From contig NMRA01000004.1 of NCBI GenBank assembly GCA_002633005.1, positions 439,846 to 503,845 of the forward strand: DNA of 64,000 nucleotides. The letters run 5' to 3'. Below the pieces are notes generated by a model. The model was given only the letters and a program-made list of their open reading frames with translations, made no database searches and was not told the DNA's origin. This DNA comes from Phoronis australis (taxonomy: Eukaryota > Animalia > Phoronida). Each line of letters opens with the position of its first letter. Positions within the stretch are counted from its first letter, which is position 1. Below are positions 41,037 through 52,103 of this stretch, in pieces. The position numbers were made by a program, and so were the translations under genes.

Positions 41037-43681
41037 CACAAGGCCTCAAAAAGTACAGTGCTTCAGCTAATAGGTTCTGTGATGTAGTGGAATTAAGTGG
41101 TTCTCTTGTAAATGTCAAAAGTATTTGTAGTTGATGCATATTTCTCAGATCATGCCTGTACATAGGAAAGTTAAACATGCATTGAGCTCTAGGTTTCGCC
41201 AAGGGTCAAAAACCTGTGGCTTCAAATGAGATTTCGTTTCAGTGATAGTTGAGATGAAATATTAAAAACGCTGTTACAGTTTTCTTTCATTATGTCTAAG
41301 TTTTATTTAGCTTTTATTTGTTATATAAGTCATATTAAGGTCCTCTTGCTTGATAGACAGAGCAAAAGCGGAGAATTATAAAAGCTACAGGAGAACAGTG
41401 CAACGTTTCATCCAACATCCATTTCTGAGGTATGATGCCTTTTGTGCAGTTAGCCAGAGTTGCACATTTTTGTATGGTCCAATATATTCTCGTAGAGCTG
41501 GTTTAAATTCCTGGAGTTCTCTCCTAAGAAATGCGAAAGTGTAAAATTTAAGGGCACCTAGTACCCTTAAAAATGTACAAATTTGGCAAATCGCTAGGTA
41601 GGCCGAAAGGATTCACACGAAGTTTTCTTGTTTTGTGTTGACCAACTCCAAAAAGTAATCAATAGTTGTTTTTAAAATGTTCTTTTCTGCACCAGGGCTA
41701 TCCGAAAAACTTGGAACTTTAATTTTTTATTTAAAAATTCGTTAGTTACATAAACCGAAAAGGGAATCAGTTAGAAAAACGATAACAGTGTTTTTGAAAG
41801 TTGATGTCGAACATTCAGGGATATCAAACGAGACAAGTTATGCTATTGGTGTCGTTGTTTTGCTATGGGTGTAACTTTCTTATTTGCTAAATTTTGCTAG
41901 TAAGACATGCTCACGTTACCGAGTTAAGGCACATAGTGTAGGTAGTCTAGTGATGTCGTTGCATCAGACGTGCGCAGGCCCATTGCATTAAACATCTGAA
42001 TCCACTCCATGCCACATATAGACAAGTTAAGACGGAGATGAGGAAGTAGTGTCCTGACTCAAAGGTCTAGTAGTACAGTTCACTGTAATTCTAACCTACG
42101 GTCTGCAAGTCATGAACGAGAAAGTAAACAGTCAATCATGTTGCCTCCTCGTCGTGGCGTATTACTGAAGTCGAACTGAACACCAAATTCCACAGGCTGT
42201 TTACTTTCAAAAATATATATACCGGTACTTTACTGAGTTAAACTCTACACTGACTAGTAGAACAGATCCTACAAAACCCTAAAGTGATAGCTAGCCAAAG
42301 AGATTTGTCGGCACCTATTAGCCCGTGTAACGCGCATTCGGTGGAGTATCAACGGGTAAGCACTTATGAATGTATTTCCTCTGGCGGTTTATTGACTAGT
42401 GCATTTAATTGTTTTCTGTTGGAAACATAAACTGGAAACAGCCTAAGATTGTAAACGTTGAATATGTATATAACGTGAAAATGTGCGGGCGGGCATAGGT
42501 GGATTTGGGGCGTGGGCCCGGGCGCCTACAAAAGGTATAACAGCAAAAGTTAAGTTTATTAATTAATTAACCCGGGTAATTAACATTACACGGACGAAAC
42601 AAGAGACCATGTGTGGAGTTTTAATTCGTGTGTGGGGGAGGGAGGTTCAGACAACCACTGCAATCATAACGGTAACTATGGCTAAGTAATGCCGCTTCCA
42701 GTCGATGTCCAGTGCTCGTGATGTCCCAGGCGACCGGCAGTAACGCTGCGCGCTACCACTCCCTTTCCGTCGTCTGCTCCACTGTGCAATGAAGCAAATG
42801 ACTTCATTTTTTTCAGAGAAAACAGAAGTTACAGTTAAGTTGTGAAGCCTGAGCGAATCACTCAAATACTCATAATCTTCTCTTTGTCAAACATTAAAAT
42901 GCGATTTAATGGTAGAGCAAGCGCGTGATTCGGGCCTTACTGAATGCCAACTCGAAAAATGGATTTGGTCTTTTGGGCAACTGAAGACTTTTAAACACAA
43001 CAACTTTTGCTACGAACTGGTGGCACAAAATATAAAGCATGCAATAAACAATACGGAAAAAAACATGTTCGCGTGCGGACTGTGGACCATAAACAAGTAC
43101 CGGGTATATCTCTCGGCTGGAAGAGTGGTAGCGCAATGGAAGAGCACGCGCGCTTTGACCAATCGGTCGTGAGTTCGGATCCTTGCAGTTTTACGAATTT
43201 TCCATTTTTAAATCACAAGCGGCAACATCGCGGTTAAACTGTTCAAATTTAAGCACACGAAAGTCTAGAATCAAGGGCGTTTTTAGTGGCAACGTAACGA
43301 GTTGAAAATTTGCCGTGCGGCGACGTCGGATTCAATTCCAGAATGCGATCTTGGTCTTGTGATTTTGCCGCGCTAGTCGCCAATAGCGACCTGGTCAAAG
43401 TAGAGCCGTCGAGGGCTGTTTATACCTCCAGAGATCAAGGAAAATGGTTCTTTTCAGAGGCAAAAACCAAATTTTCCCCTCATTCGCCGCTACGCACCGC
43501 AAAGCGCGATTGTCAACGAGACCGAAATGTTGCTCCTCAGGCTACCCTAGATCCACCTTTGTGTTGACTCAAAAAGCCTAGTTCAGTGCATACGCCTAAT
43601 TCACATCAAGTGTTGCAGCCATATAACCGTTTGCCTCAAAAGCTCTACACGTCCTCGTCTTACGTTGCCTACCCTTGCCCA

Positions 43682-43912
43682 CTTGTTAGACCAAAACTCG
43701 AATACTCCTCCGTCTGGTATCCCTCAACAGTAGCACAAATGTTGAAAAAATAGAAAAATACACAGCGTAGAGCAGCCAGGTTCGTTTTAAATGACCACTC
43801 AAGGTACTCTTCCCTTTCATCCATGCTCATCAACTGTCAAATGGCCACCCTCCCGGAAAGACGAGCTCAAAACAAAGTGTCCCTTCTGTACAAGACCGTA
43901 CATAACTGGTAG
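43682..43912 (+). mobile_element. Decayed CR1/L2-type non-LTR retrotransposon fragment (ORF2 C-terminus)
   Basis: One frame gives LVRPKLEYSSVWYP...*..QRRAARFVLNDHSRYSSLSSML...LPERRAQNKVSLLYKTVH, the LVRPxLEY / QRRAARF / ERR signature found downstream of RT, with an internal stop. Confidence 0.8.
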
Positions 43913-44029
43913 TCCTAATTTTTCCGCACGTTTATGACCTTGACTGGTTTTTATTTTCTTCTGCTATTTTATCGTCATTGCTACGTCAAGTTTTAACATG
44001 GTTCAACCGTAAAGCGACTTAAACTAAAC

Positions 44030-44458
44030 TTGAATTCCAGTGCCCGCCGCCGGCGGGGCTGGTCCTACCGGCGGGACCCTGGGTTTACATTTCTTGCAAC
44101 GTCCTAAGTTTAGGGTCTAGGGCTAATATTTAGTTATTTTCATGTGCATTTTGAGAAAATGTAAAAACTAAAAGTGAGTTAAGTTCCGGGCTCTAGTCAG
44201 TAGAGATAAGGTGATGGAAAAATAACATTAGCAGGTCAACAAATTCTTTTGGCCTAATGTCTGCTGGGGGCTCGGGCTCTATTTGGGACCGTGACTGTTT
44301 CGTGCAACTGGCCAAAGGTGTCACTCCACGTGTGGGCGGTGCTGCCACCTAGCAAAAACTTTCAAGAGATAGTTTAGTATTAGCCATTATTTCATTAGGA
44401 CTAGGTGTGTAGAAATCCTGAGGTTGGAGGTAATGGTGTTTGTATAAATAAGGTAAGT
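44030..44458 (+). promoter_or_regulatory. Candidate promoter and non-coding first exon of the APAF1-MAP2K gene
   Basis: GC/CpG-rich patch at 44040-44085 and a consensus donor AG|gtaagt at 44452/44453. The first coding exon has its own acceptor (45642-45643) upstream of the ATG, which implies a non-coding exon further upstream. Confidence 0.35.
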
Positions 44459-45659
44459 TTTCTCTTTTGTCGTAAGCCTTCCACTTGTGTGGATGTTTTG
44501 TTTACTGAGAATTGACATCCCAGTGCTGAACTCGCTGCTCCGGCTAAAGGTCGGACAAGTGATGACAACTCAATCAAGACAAGGTCAAGGACAAATGGGT
44601 TGTGGAAGTCCATGATTTTATAGACATCCTACTCATGTCCAAGCTACCTTCAGAGGCAGTAGGTTGGTAATCCGCCTACTGGTAATTGCATCGCTGGGAA
44701 TCCAGATAACAGAGCCGAGGTTGAGAGGTAGCTGTGCTAAGTGTTCTCACATAAGACTCAGGCTAGGCCTAGGCCCGGCACGGCAGCAGTGCAGTGGCAC
44801 ACATCCATCCCGTCCACTACTGCACTAGAAGATTTTCTGCAAATTGCGCTTAACCCTTGCTAGAATATATCAGTGATCGCGCAACTATATGTACCTTTCT
44901 GAGTGTAGTCTGTAAAGCATAGACACCTTTGGAGACTGTGAGTTAGAATCATTAAATCCTCCACTTGTACAATTAACATTTGGAAATAGATGGAAAGGCT
45001 AAATGGAACCCTGATTTGAGAACCAGTAACTCCCACTGAATGTCTCCCGTTATTCAGCGGTAGTAACTGGTTCTCCAATCAATTTTAAAGCAAAGGCCCA
45101 CCTATCCAACTATGACCCAACATTTTTTTCAAACAATCCTTCATTCCAGCATCAAAATTGAAGACTGAATGGCATGGCATGGCACTGCAGTCAATGTGCT
45201 CAGGTCAAACAGAAAAATGTAAATAGGGTTATGGTGAGGTCACCCGTCTGCTGGCTACGCCAAGGGGAGGCACACTGAAACGGGGCACTTGTTTTTTCTG
45301 AGACAAGAGGGAGAATTTTTCAGTTGAGGAAAGAACTTCTCCTGCCCCCAAACTTCTAGTAGACAAAATTTTTGTTTTACATAAGTGATTCTAATCATGA
45401 GGTAATTTTTTCTAAAACTGAAGGTAAATTTTGGGCCTGGTGAGTCACGTGATTTTTAATTGATTGAATTGGAGAATGGAGCTAATATGCTACACTCTAG
45501 CGTCCCGGATAACGGAGTGTAAGTACATGAAAACCTCTGCCAGCCTGCTAGGAACCAGTCCTGGATCATTAATCAAAGATATGACACCACTGACACCAGT
45601 GGGTGCTTTTTAATGCTCTGAGATGCTCTTGTTTGTGTTGCAGTCAGAAAGTAACCAGA

Positions 45660-48600
45660 ATGGATGAGGAATCAAAGCTGAGTTTGCAACTGAATCGTGT
45701 CCTGCTCATGACTGATTTGGATCCTGACGATGTTGTCAACTATCTTTTTCAAGAGAAAATTCTGAACAAAGATGACATGGAGCAATTACAAGCTGAGGTT
45801 TGTGAATACCTTATTGTTGAATGAATATTGAATGAGCACAATTTTTGAAATGTGTTCTTTTTAAAAGTTTATTAAATCTCTGAAATTAATTGAATATTAA
45901 ATTGATTTGTTTTTAGCTATCCTTTGTCCACATCAAATGTTGTGCTGTAGTTTCAACAACTTTTCAAACTGATTTTTTGATTCACTCATTTTTTGAAATG
46001 GTGTTTAAAACCACATTACTGATTAACCAGTAGTGTTGACTGTCTTGAACTTTGCTGTTTTGTTTGACAGAGACTGAAGTCTAAGAGAACACAGATTCTC
46101 CTTGACAAGCTGCCTGGCAAAGGTCCAGATGCCTTTCCCACTTTCCTGAAAGCGCTGGAAGAGGCTGGATACTCCCACTTGGTTACAGCCCTGCGCACTG
46201 CTCAATGGCCCCAGACGACTCGATGTCGACACCTGAGTGGAAGTCAGATACAGGTAAATCTATTATGACCTGGCCGAAGCAAAAAATCACCTTGGCATTT
46301 TATGACATTTTGAAGTAATGCCAGGCAGTTCCAGTAACATCTGTCTTCGTGACAATAGACGGGGGTCCTATTACAATACCAAGATGGCCGAAATCCTGGT
46401 GCTCTTCAGTACCAATAGGAAAATTACTGTTTATTTTCAGACAAAGGAAGTGCAGGCTGAATGGACTGGTACTGATGTCCAGCAGTGTTACGCTTTGTCT
46501 ATGACCAAAACTTTGAAGCTCCAATTAGACTTGAGAGCATCACACATCCACTCTGATGACATCTAGAGTTCAGACAGAGTTTGGCTGTTAAATAAACAGC
46601 CTCAACAAAATTAAATGGAAGGATGGTAGTTTGTCAGCGGTACATTGACATAGCTTATATCAATTACTGTGTCACTCTCTTGCTGTTCACTAATTTTGTT
46701 TATGTGTCTGTATATATGATAGGTTCCAGGGTCTTGTGTCACTGCTGTTATTTACTGCCAATTTTTTCAATGTTTATGCTGTGCATTATCTCTTAGGCAA
46801 TGATGATTGAGGGTGCTGTGCCGCAGAGACCTTCCATTTACAAGGAACGTCCGGAAATTGAAGAGGTCAGGGAAAAACTTGAGATAATCTCGCGCTCACC
46901 AGGATTCGTGGTCATACACGGCATGGCTGGCATCGGAAAGTCTGTGCTGGCCTCGGAATCTGTGAGGGATTCTAAAGTGTTAACTCTGTACTTCCCTACA
47001 GGCGTTTATTGGATTAGTATTGGGCAGATCGACCTGAAGCAAGACTCGCAGATGATGCTGGTTAAGATGCAGAATCTTTTGGCACGCTTGGACAAACAAG
47101 GTAAGGTGTCACCTCGAAATGTCGAAGAGGCAACTGATAGGCTACGCACGGTATTCGCTCAGCAATACCCAAAGTCTTTGCTTATCCTGGATGATATTTG
47201 GAGCAGTGCAGCTCTCGCCGCTTTTGATATACAGTGTCGTACTATGGTCACAACGCGAGACGCCGGCATAACATTCAAAGTTCGGGGTGACGTCCACAAA
47301 GTGGCACTCTCGCAGGGTTTCACAAACGAACAGACAAAGGAAGTGCTCGCTGAATGGACTGGTACTGACATTGGAGAACTGCCTAGTGAGGCTGATCAGA
47401 TCTACAGGGAGGTGAAAGGATCTCCGTTTGCCATCTCCTTGATCGGTGCTCTATTGAGAGACCACCCAAAAAGGTGGGCTTACTATGCTGGTTTACTAGC
47501 AGAAAGAAAAGTGAAGAAATTCCGTCGTGCTATCTCTTACCAGTATGAGACTTTGACAGAGGCTGTTGGGATTAGCTTTCACAGTCTGGCAGACGAGACG
47601 AAGAAATACTACCAAGACTTTGCAGTCTTCGAGGGTGATGTGAAAATACCTGCAAAGGTATGTGTTTCCGCTTTTTATGCAACAATGTAATTACTCTTAC
47701 CACTAAATGTTTCAGTGCTCTGTTTCTGTCTTGAAGGTTTCATCCTGTAAAATATTGGCAATATTATACATAATGGCAGAAAGACATTAACATGGATGTC
47801 TTCCAGATAACTAATAACGGTCGTACAAGTCTTAGAAAGGTTAAAGGTAAAAGCATTCATTTTTGTTGTTTACTTAATATAAATACAGATTTGTGGTTAT
47901 CTTGTAATTACTGTTCACTTCACAGGTATGCACAACTTATGGAACAACAGGAAGTGATGTCAACGGCTCTGCAAAGAACCACCATCTTGGTCTGTGTTCA
48001 CTCTCATGGTGCAAACACAAATAACCTGCACAGACTGTGCAGAGTGTAGGACATGAATGCAGACTCAAGGTGGTGGCCCTTTGTTGGGCCATTGACATCA
48101 CTTTCTATTGTTTCATGGGTAGCTCATTCCCTCCAAGGGAATATTTTTTTGTTGAGGTTGCATTAAACATGGTTGCTTTCTTCTTGCACTTAAGCTCCTT
48201 CCAATCAGAGTTATTTGTACGTTTTTATGCTGCTCTTTGTTTTGTGTTGATGAGTGCATCATGTTAGTAAAAGTCTGATTCTCCTTGTGCTAAATCTTAA
48301 GTTCCTTTAGTGGCATGCGCCTGTTGACTTGAGAAAAGACTTGTGATCCATTTTATCAAAGGTCATGAGTTCAAATATAGCTAAGACAGTGTTACGCATG
48401 TTGTTGCACGTAGCAACAACATGCATAATAGTGAAAATGTTTCAATTGGTGTAAAGTTGATAATTTTTATATTCAGATTTGACAACCACCTTCACGACCT
48501 ATGTCAATGAGCTGTGTGCAAATGAAAGTCAAAACCATGAATGCCTTAGCTAAGGCTGGACTTACCACCTTTCTTAAAACAAGACCCTGCTGCAAAAACC

Positions 48601-49782
48601 AGGGAGTTTCATGTAAATGATACTACTCTTATCATCAGGTCTTCCTTATTTAGGTTCTGTCCATCTTCTGGGATGAGGATATGGAGACTGTGGAAGACAC
48701 AATGATCAGTCTGGTTAACAAGTCCATGGCATTCCAGGAGGATGCTCCCAAAGGAAGCACCAGCAATTACGTGTATTACTTGCATGATCTCCACCTGGAT
48801 TTCCTGAAGGATCAGTGTGTTGATCAAAAGGTTGACATTTGTTTATTTTAGAGATCTTGCCTCATCAGTTGCTGGCTGTAGTTGTAATCTATTCCTTCAG
48901 TCATTGCTGCTGCAGCTACTACAACTAGAACTATGTAAAATATCATTACTATAGTAATGGGTCTATTTTCTCTACTTTGTCTACAAATCATGCTAATACT
49001 ACTCCTACTGCTTCTTCAGCTAATGGAAGTAGTGCTGCTAAGTGCTGCCTCCACTTCTGATACTAATTTTACTACGGCTTCTACAACTGCCACTAAAAGT
49101 ACTGCTGCTGCTGTCACTACCACTACTAATGCTGCTTTAAAAGTACTCGTGTTACTTCTTACTACCAGAGGACTTGTTGCTTCTGTTTCTGCCACTAATG
49201 TTTCAGCTACTTCTGCTATTGCAGAATAGTGACACTGCTGCTAATGGTGGTGATACTTCTAAGTGCTACTACTGCTTCTTATACTGCATTTGTTACCGCT
49301 ACTAGAATTATTTCTAGATTTGCTGCTAGTGTTACAGCTACTGCAACTGTTACAACTACGTCTTGTGCTACAGCTAATGGTGGTACTACTGCTGCTAGTG
49401 GTGGTGATACTTCTAAGTGCTACTACTGCTTCTTATACTGCATTTGTTACCGCTACTAGAATTATTTCTAGATTTGCTGCTACTGTTATAGCTACTGCAA
49501 CTGTTACAACTACGTCTTGTGCTACAGCTAATGGTAGTACTACTGCTGCTAGTGGTGGTCCTGCTGCTAATTGTGGAGCTACTTTCAAGTGCTAATACTG
49601 ATTCTGATACTCCTATTACTATGACTACTGCTACTACTACTACTGCTGCTACTGCTTCTGGTACTGATTTAGCTACTGCAAATACAATTGCAACTAATAC
49701 TACTACCTCTACAACTACTTCTGCAACTACTACTGCTACAACTATTACTACTTTAACTACTACTACTATTAAAACCGCTTAT

Positions 49783-49838
<56 letters not shown>

Positions 49839-52103
49839 CTGCTGCTGTTGCTACTGCTGTAGTGACTTGTATTAACTCCTGTTACTGTTTGGAATATTGC
49901 TACAGATAGTGTTAAAATTGAGTGTGATTCCTTTTTATGCTTGCTGCTGTTGAAGCTCCCAATTCTTAATCAAAGTTTGATGGCTTCAACTAAAGATACT
50001 TGTGGTTAATGTAACTGGCTGTAAATTACTTAATGTGTGAGTTGTTACTGTTGTTGTCATGATTGCTTGCGGCATTGTAGCTACAGCAAATATAACTGCT
50101 GCTGCTACTGTTCCTGTTACTGTTGCTTGCTATCACTGCTAGTGCTAGTCTTAGCATTACCCTGCTGGTGATGGTGGTGCACAAGGTGAAAAGTCTTATC
50201 TTGCCCCCCAACCTGTTGGCCATTTTGAACGTCAAATGTGCACTGTTGAGCAGTTTTATTTCTTAAAAACTAGCTTTGTGTTGCTTTATGGTAAGTGTTA
50301 CTAACGTCAGGACAAATATCATAGAAATTGTGAACGTCGTTTTATCACTGGTTATTTGCTGATAACAAAAATGTCACATTACAGAAGTTGAACATTGATG
50401 ATTGAACTAAGACTACGACTAAAGACTGAATGGGCCATGTTGCATAATACTTCAAAATTATCTCCTGGATAAATTCGGTTGTCTTATGGTATCATCTTAT
50501 TATTCATTGCTCACAACATGACTCATGACAGTGTGGTGCCAGTATATGACATGTACGCACCCACACCGTGTTGTTTACGTGATTTGCTGTTTTCTGAATG
50601 TTGTGCATTACCATTCCAGAGGTTGCATGAAAAGTTTGTGGAGAAGTACAAGTATCACTGCAATGGACAGTACCATGATCTGGTGGATGATGGCTACATA
50701 TTCTGGTATCTGGGTGACCATCTGAGCAAAGCTGGCATGTTTGAAGAAATGGGCAAGGTACATGCCATTCTAGACATTTTATTTTGCTTGGTAGCTTCAG
50801 TCATCTAAGATCTGGTGGTTAAGCATTAGGTTAAAATTAATGTGGTCAGACTCGGGATTTCTTCACAATTCATTGTGACAACTTTATTATCTGAATATTA
50901 AATTCTGAAGATTTATTGGTATGCGAAGTGTTGTATGAAATCTTAAAGCAGTTGTCTTTCTGTGTTTGGCTGTATTGTCTTTACGTTACAATTTCAGATT
51001 TATTTTGACTTGCGTTTTGTTGCTGCGAAGATCAGTGCAACTGGGCTATCATTCGTGCTTGGTGATTATACACAGAACAGTCGCACTCTTAATGTTTTGG
51101 TATGTGAAGGAAATGGCATTGCACATAAATTATGATTGCTATGTGACTTTTTGCACACTCTTTAGTTGAGAGAGACTGAATCTCAACTAGTGAATAACGT
51201 TATGACATTTTTTGCATTGAATTACAACAGGGGTTTAAGCCATGTTTGGCAAATCTCATCATGATCATCAACAAATAACGATTTGATGATACTGGTGCAA
51301 AAATGTCAACATTTGATGGGAACAGCTTTTAATGTTAACTGATTTATTGTTATTAACATGACATAGGCAAGAAATTAAACTCCGAGTTTCAAAAATGGGG
51401 CGGCCCTGCATTAATGTAGGAAAGGCCCAGTTCCCTGCTCTTTGGCTACCTGTGGGTCGGCCCTATGCTAATATAGGGGCCCTTTTCTTTTGTTGTCTTG
51501 GGGCGGTGCCATCCTTATTAATATAGGCAGCATTACTTCTGAGGCCCAAAATTGAATTTTTACTGAGATGTCATTTTAATAAGAATAAGTAATTTAAACA
51601 ATAGGCTGTTTCGGACTTATTTCGACAGGATCTTCTACCATTAGCACCAAGTAGTCCAAGGTCACTTGATGGAAAAACTGGCAGAACTGCACTTAAATAA
51701 CTTTTAACGCCCATTAAAACGATCATTTATAAGTGAATGACATATCATTACCCACAAGAGGATCAGAAAAACAGATGGCTATGGGATCAGAAAAAAAGTT
51801 GAGAACAAGATCTGAAAAAGCGTCTGTCCTTTTTGTGATAGATCTCTTTCTCTAAATCACATTGACTGAGTGCAAGAATATGGTTTGTCATTTAAATTGC
51901 AAGTTTTTCATGGAATCACATTTTCCACAGGATCCGCAAAAGCAGACGGACTTTTCCAAGTTTTTGGCCCACTTGTCTGTCGAGAGAGAGCGTGACATCA
52001 TACAGTGCGGTCTGCTGCAGCCGTCAAAGTCAGAGGTCTTGATCCAGGCTCAACTCTTGCAGAACAATAGCAATGAGCAGCTCGACAAGTACTTGAAAAC
52101 ATG
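45660..52103 (+). CDS. APAF-1-like moiety: CARD, NB-ARC, winged-helix and helical domain 2 (exons 1-7), no WD40
   Basis: EGAVPQRP, Walker [10 protein letters not shown], Walker B LLILDDIW, sensor I TTRD, GxP motif [27 protein letters not shown] and [15 protein letters not shown] run colinear with APAF-1 up to the end of HD2. Confidence 0.95.

Noticed and set aside
40480-42270. Possible minus-strand exons downstream of SNX17
   Set aside because: Splice-like sites exist, but no sustained open frame or RNA-gene motif could be supported.
42480-43570. CpG-rich stretch with several short ORFs
   Set aside because: No recognisable protein or splice pattern. Imperfect inverted ends (cataggtggatt / gatccacctttg) suggest transposon debris, but too weakly to call.
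43686-43820. Minus-strand 44-aa ORF resembling a single-pass microprotein (MKGKSTLSGHLKRTWLLYAVYFSIFSTFVLLLRDTRRRSIRVLV)
   Set aside because: It is the antisense of a recognisable CR1/L2 ORF2 fragment.
48957-49875. Mucin-like, Leu-rich and poly-Cys ORFs
   Set aside because: Low-complexity intron, frames are inconsistent, and exons 4 and 5 align to APAF-1 without an insert.
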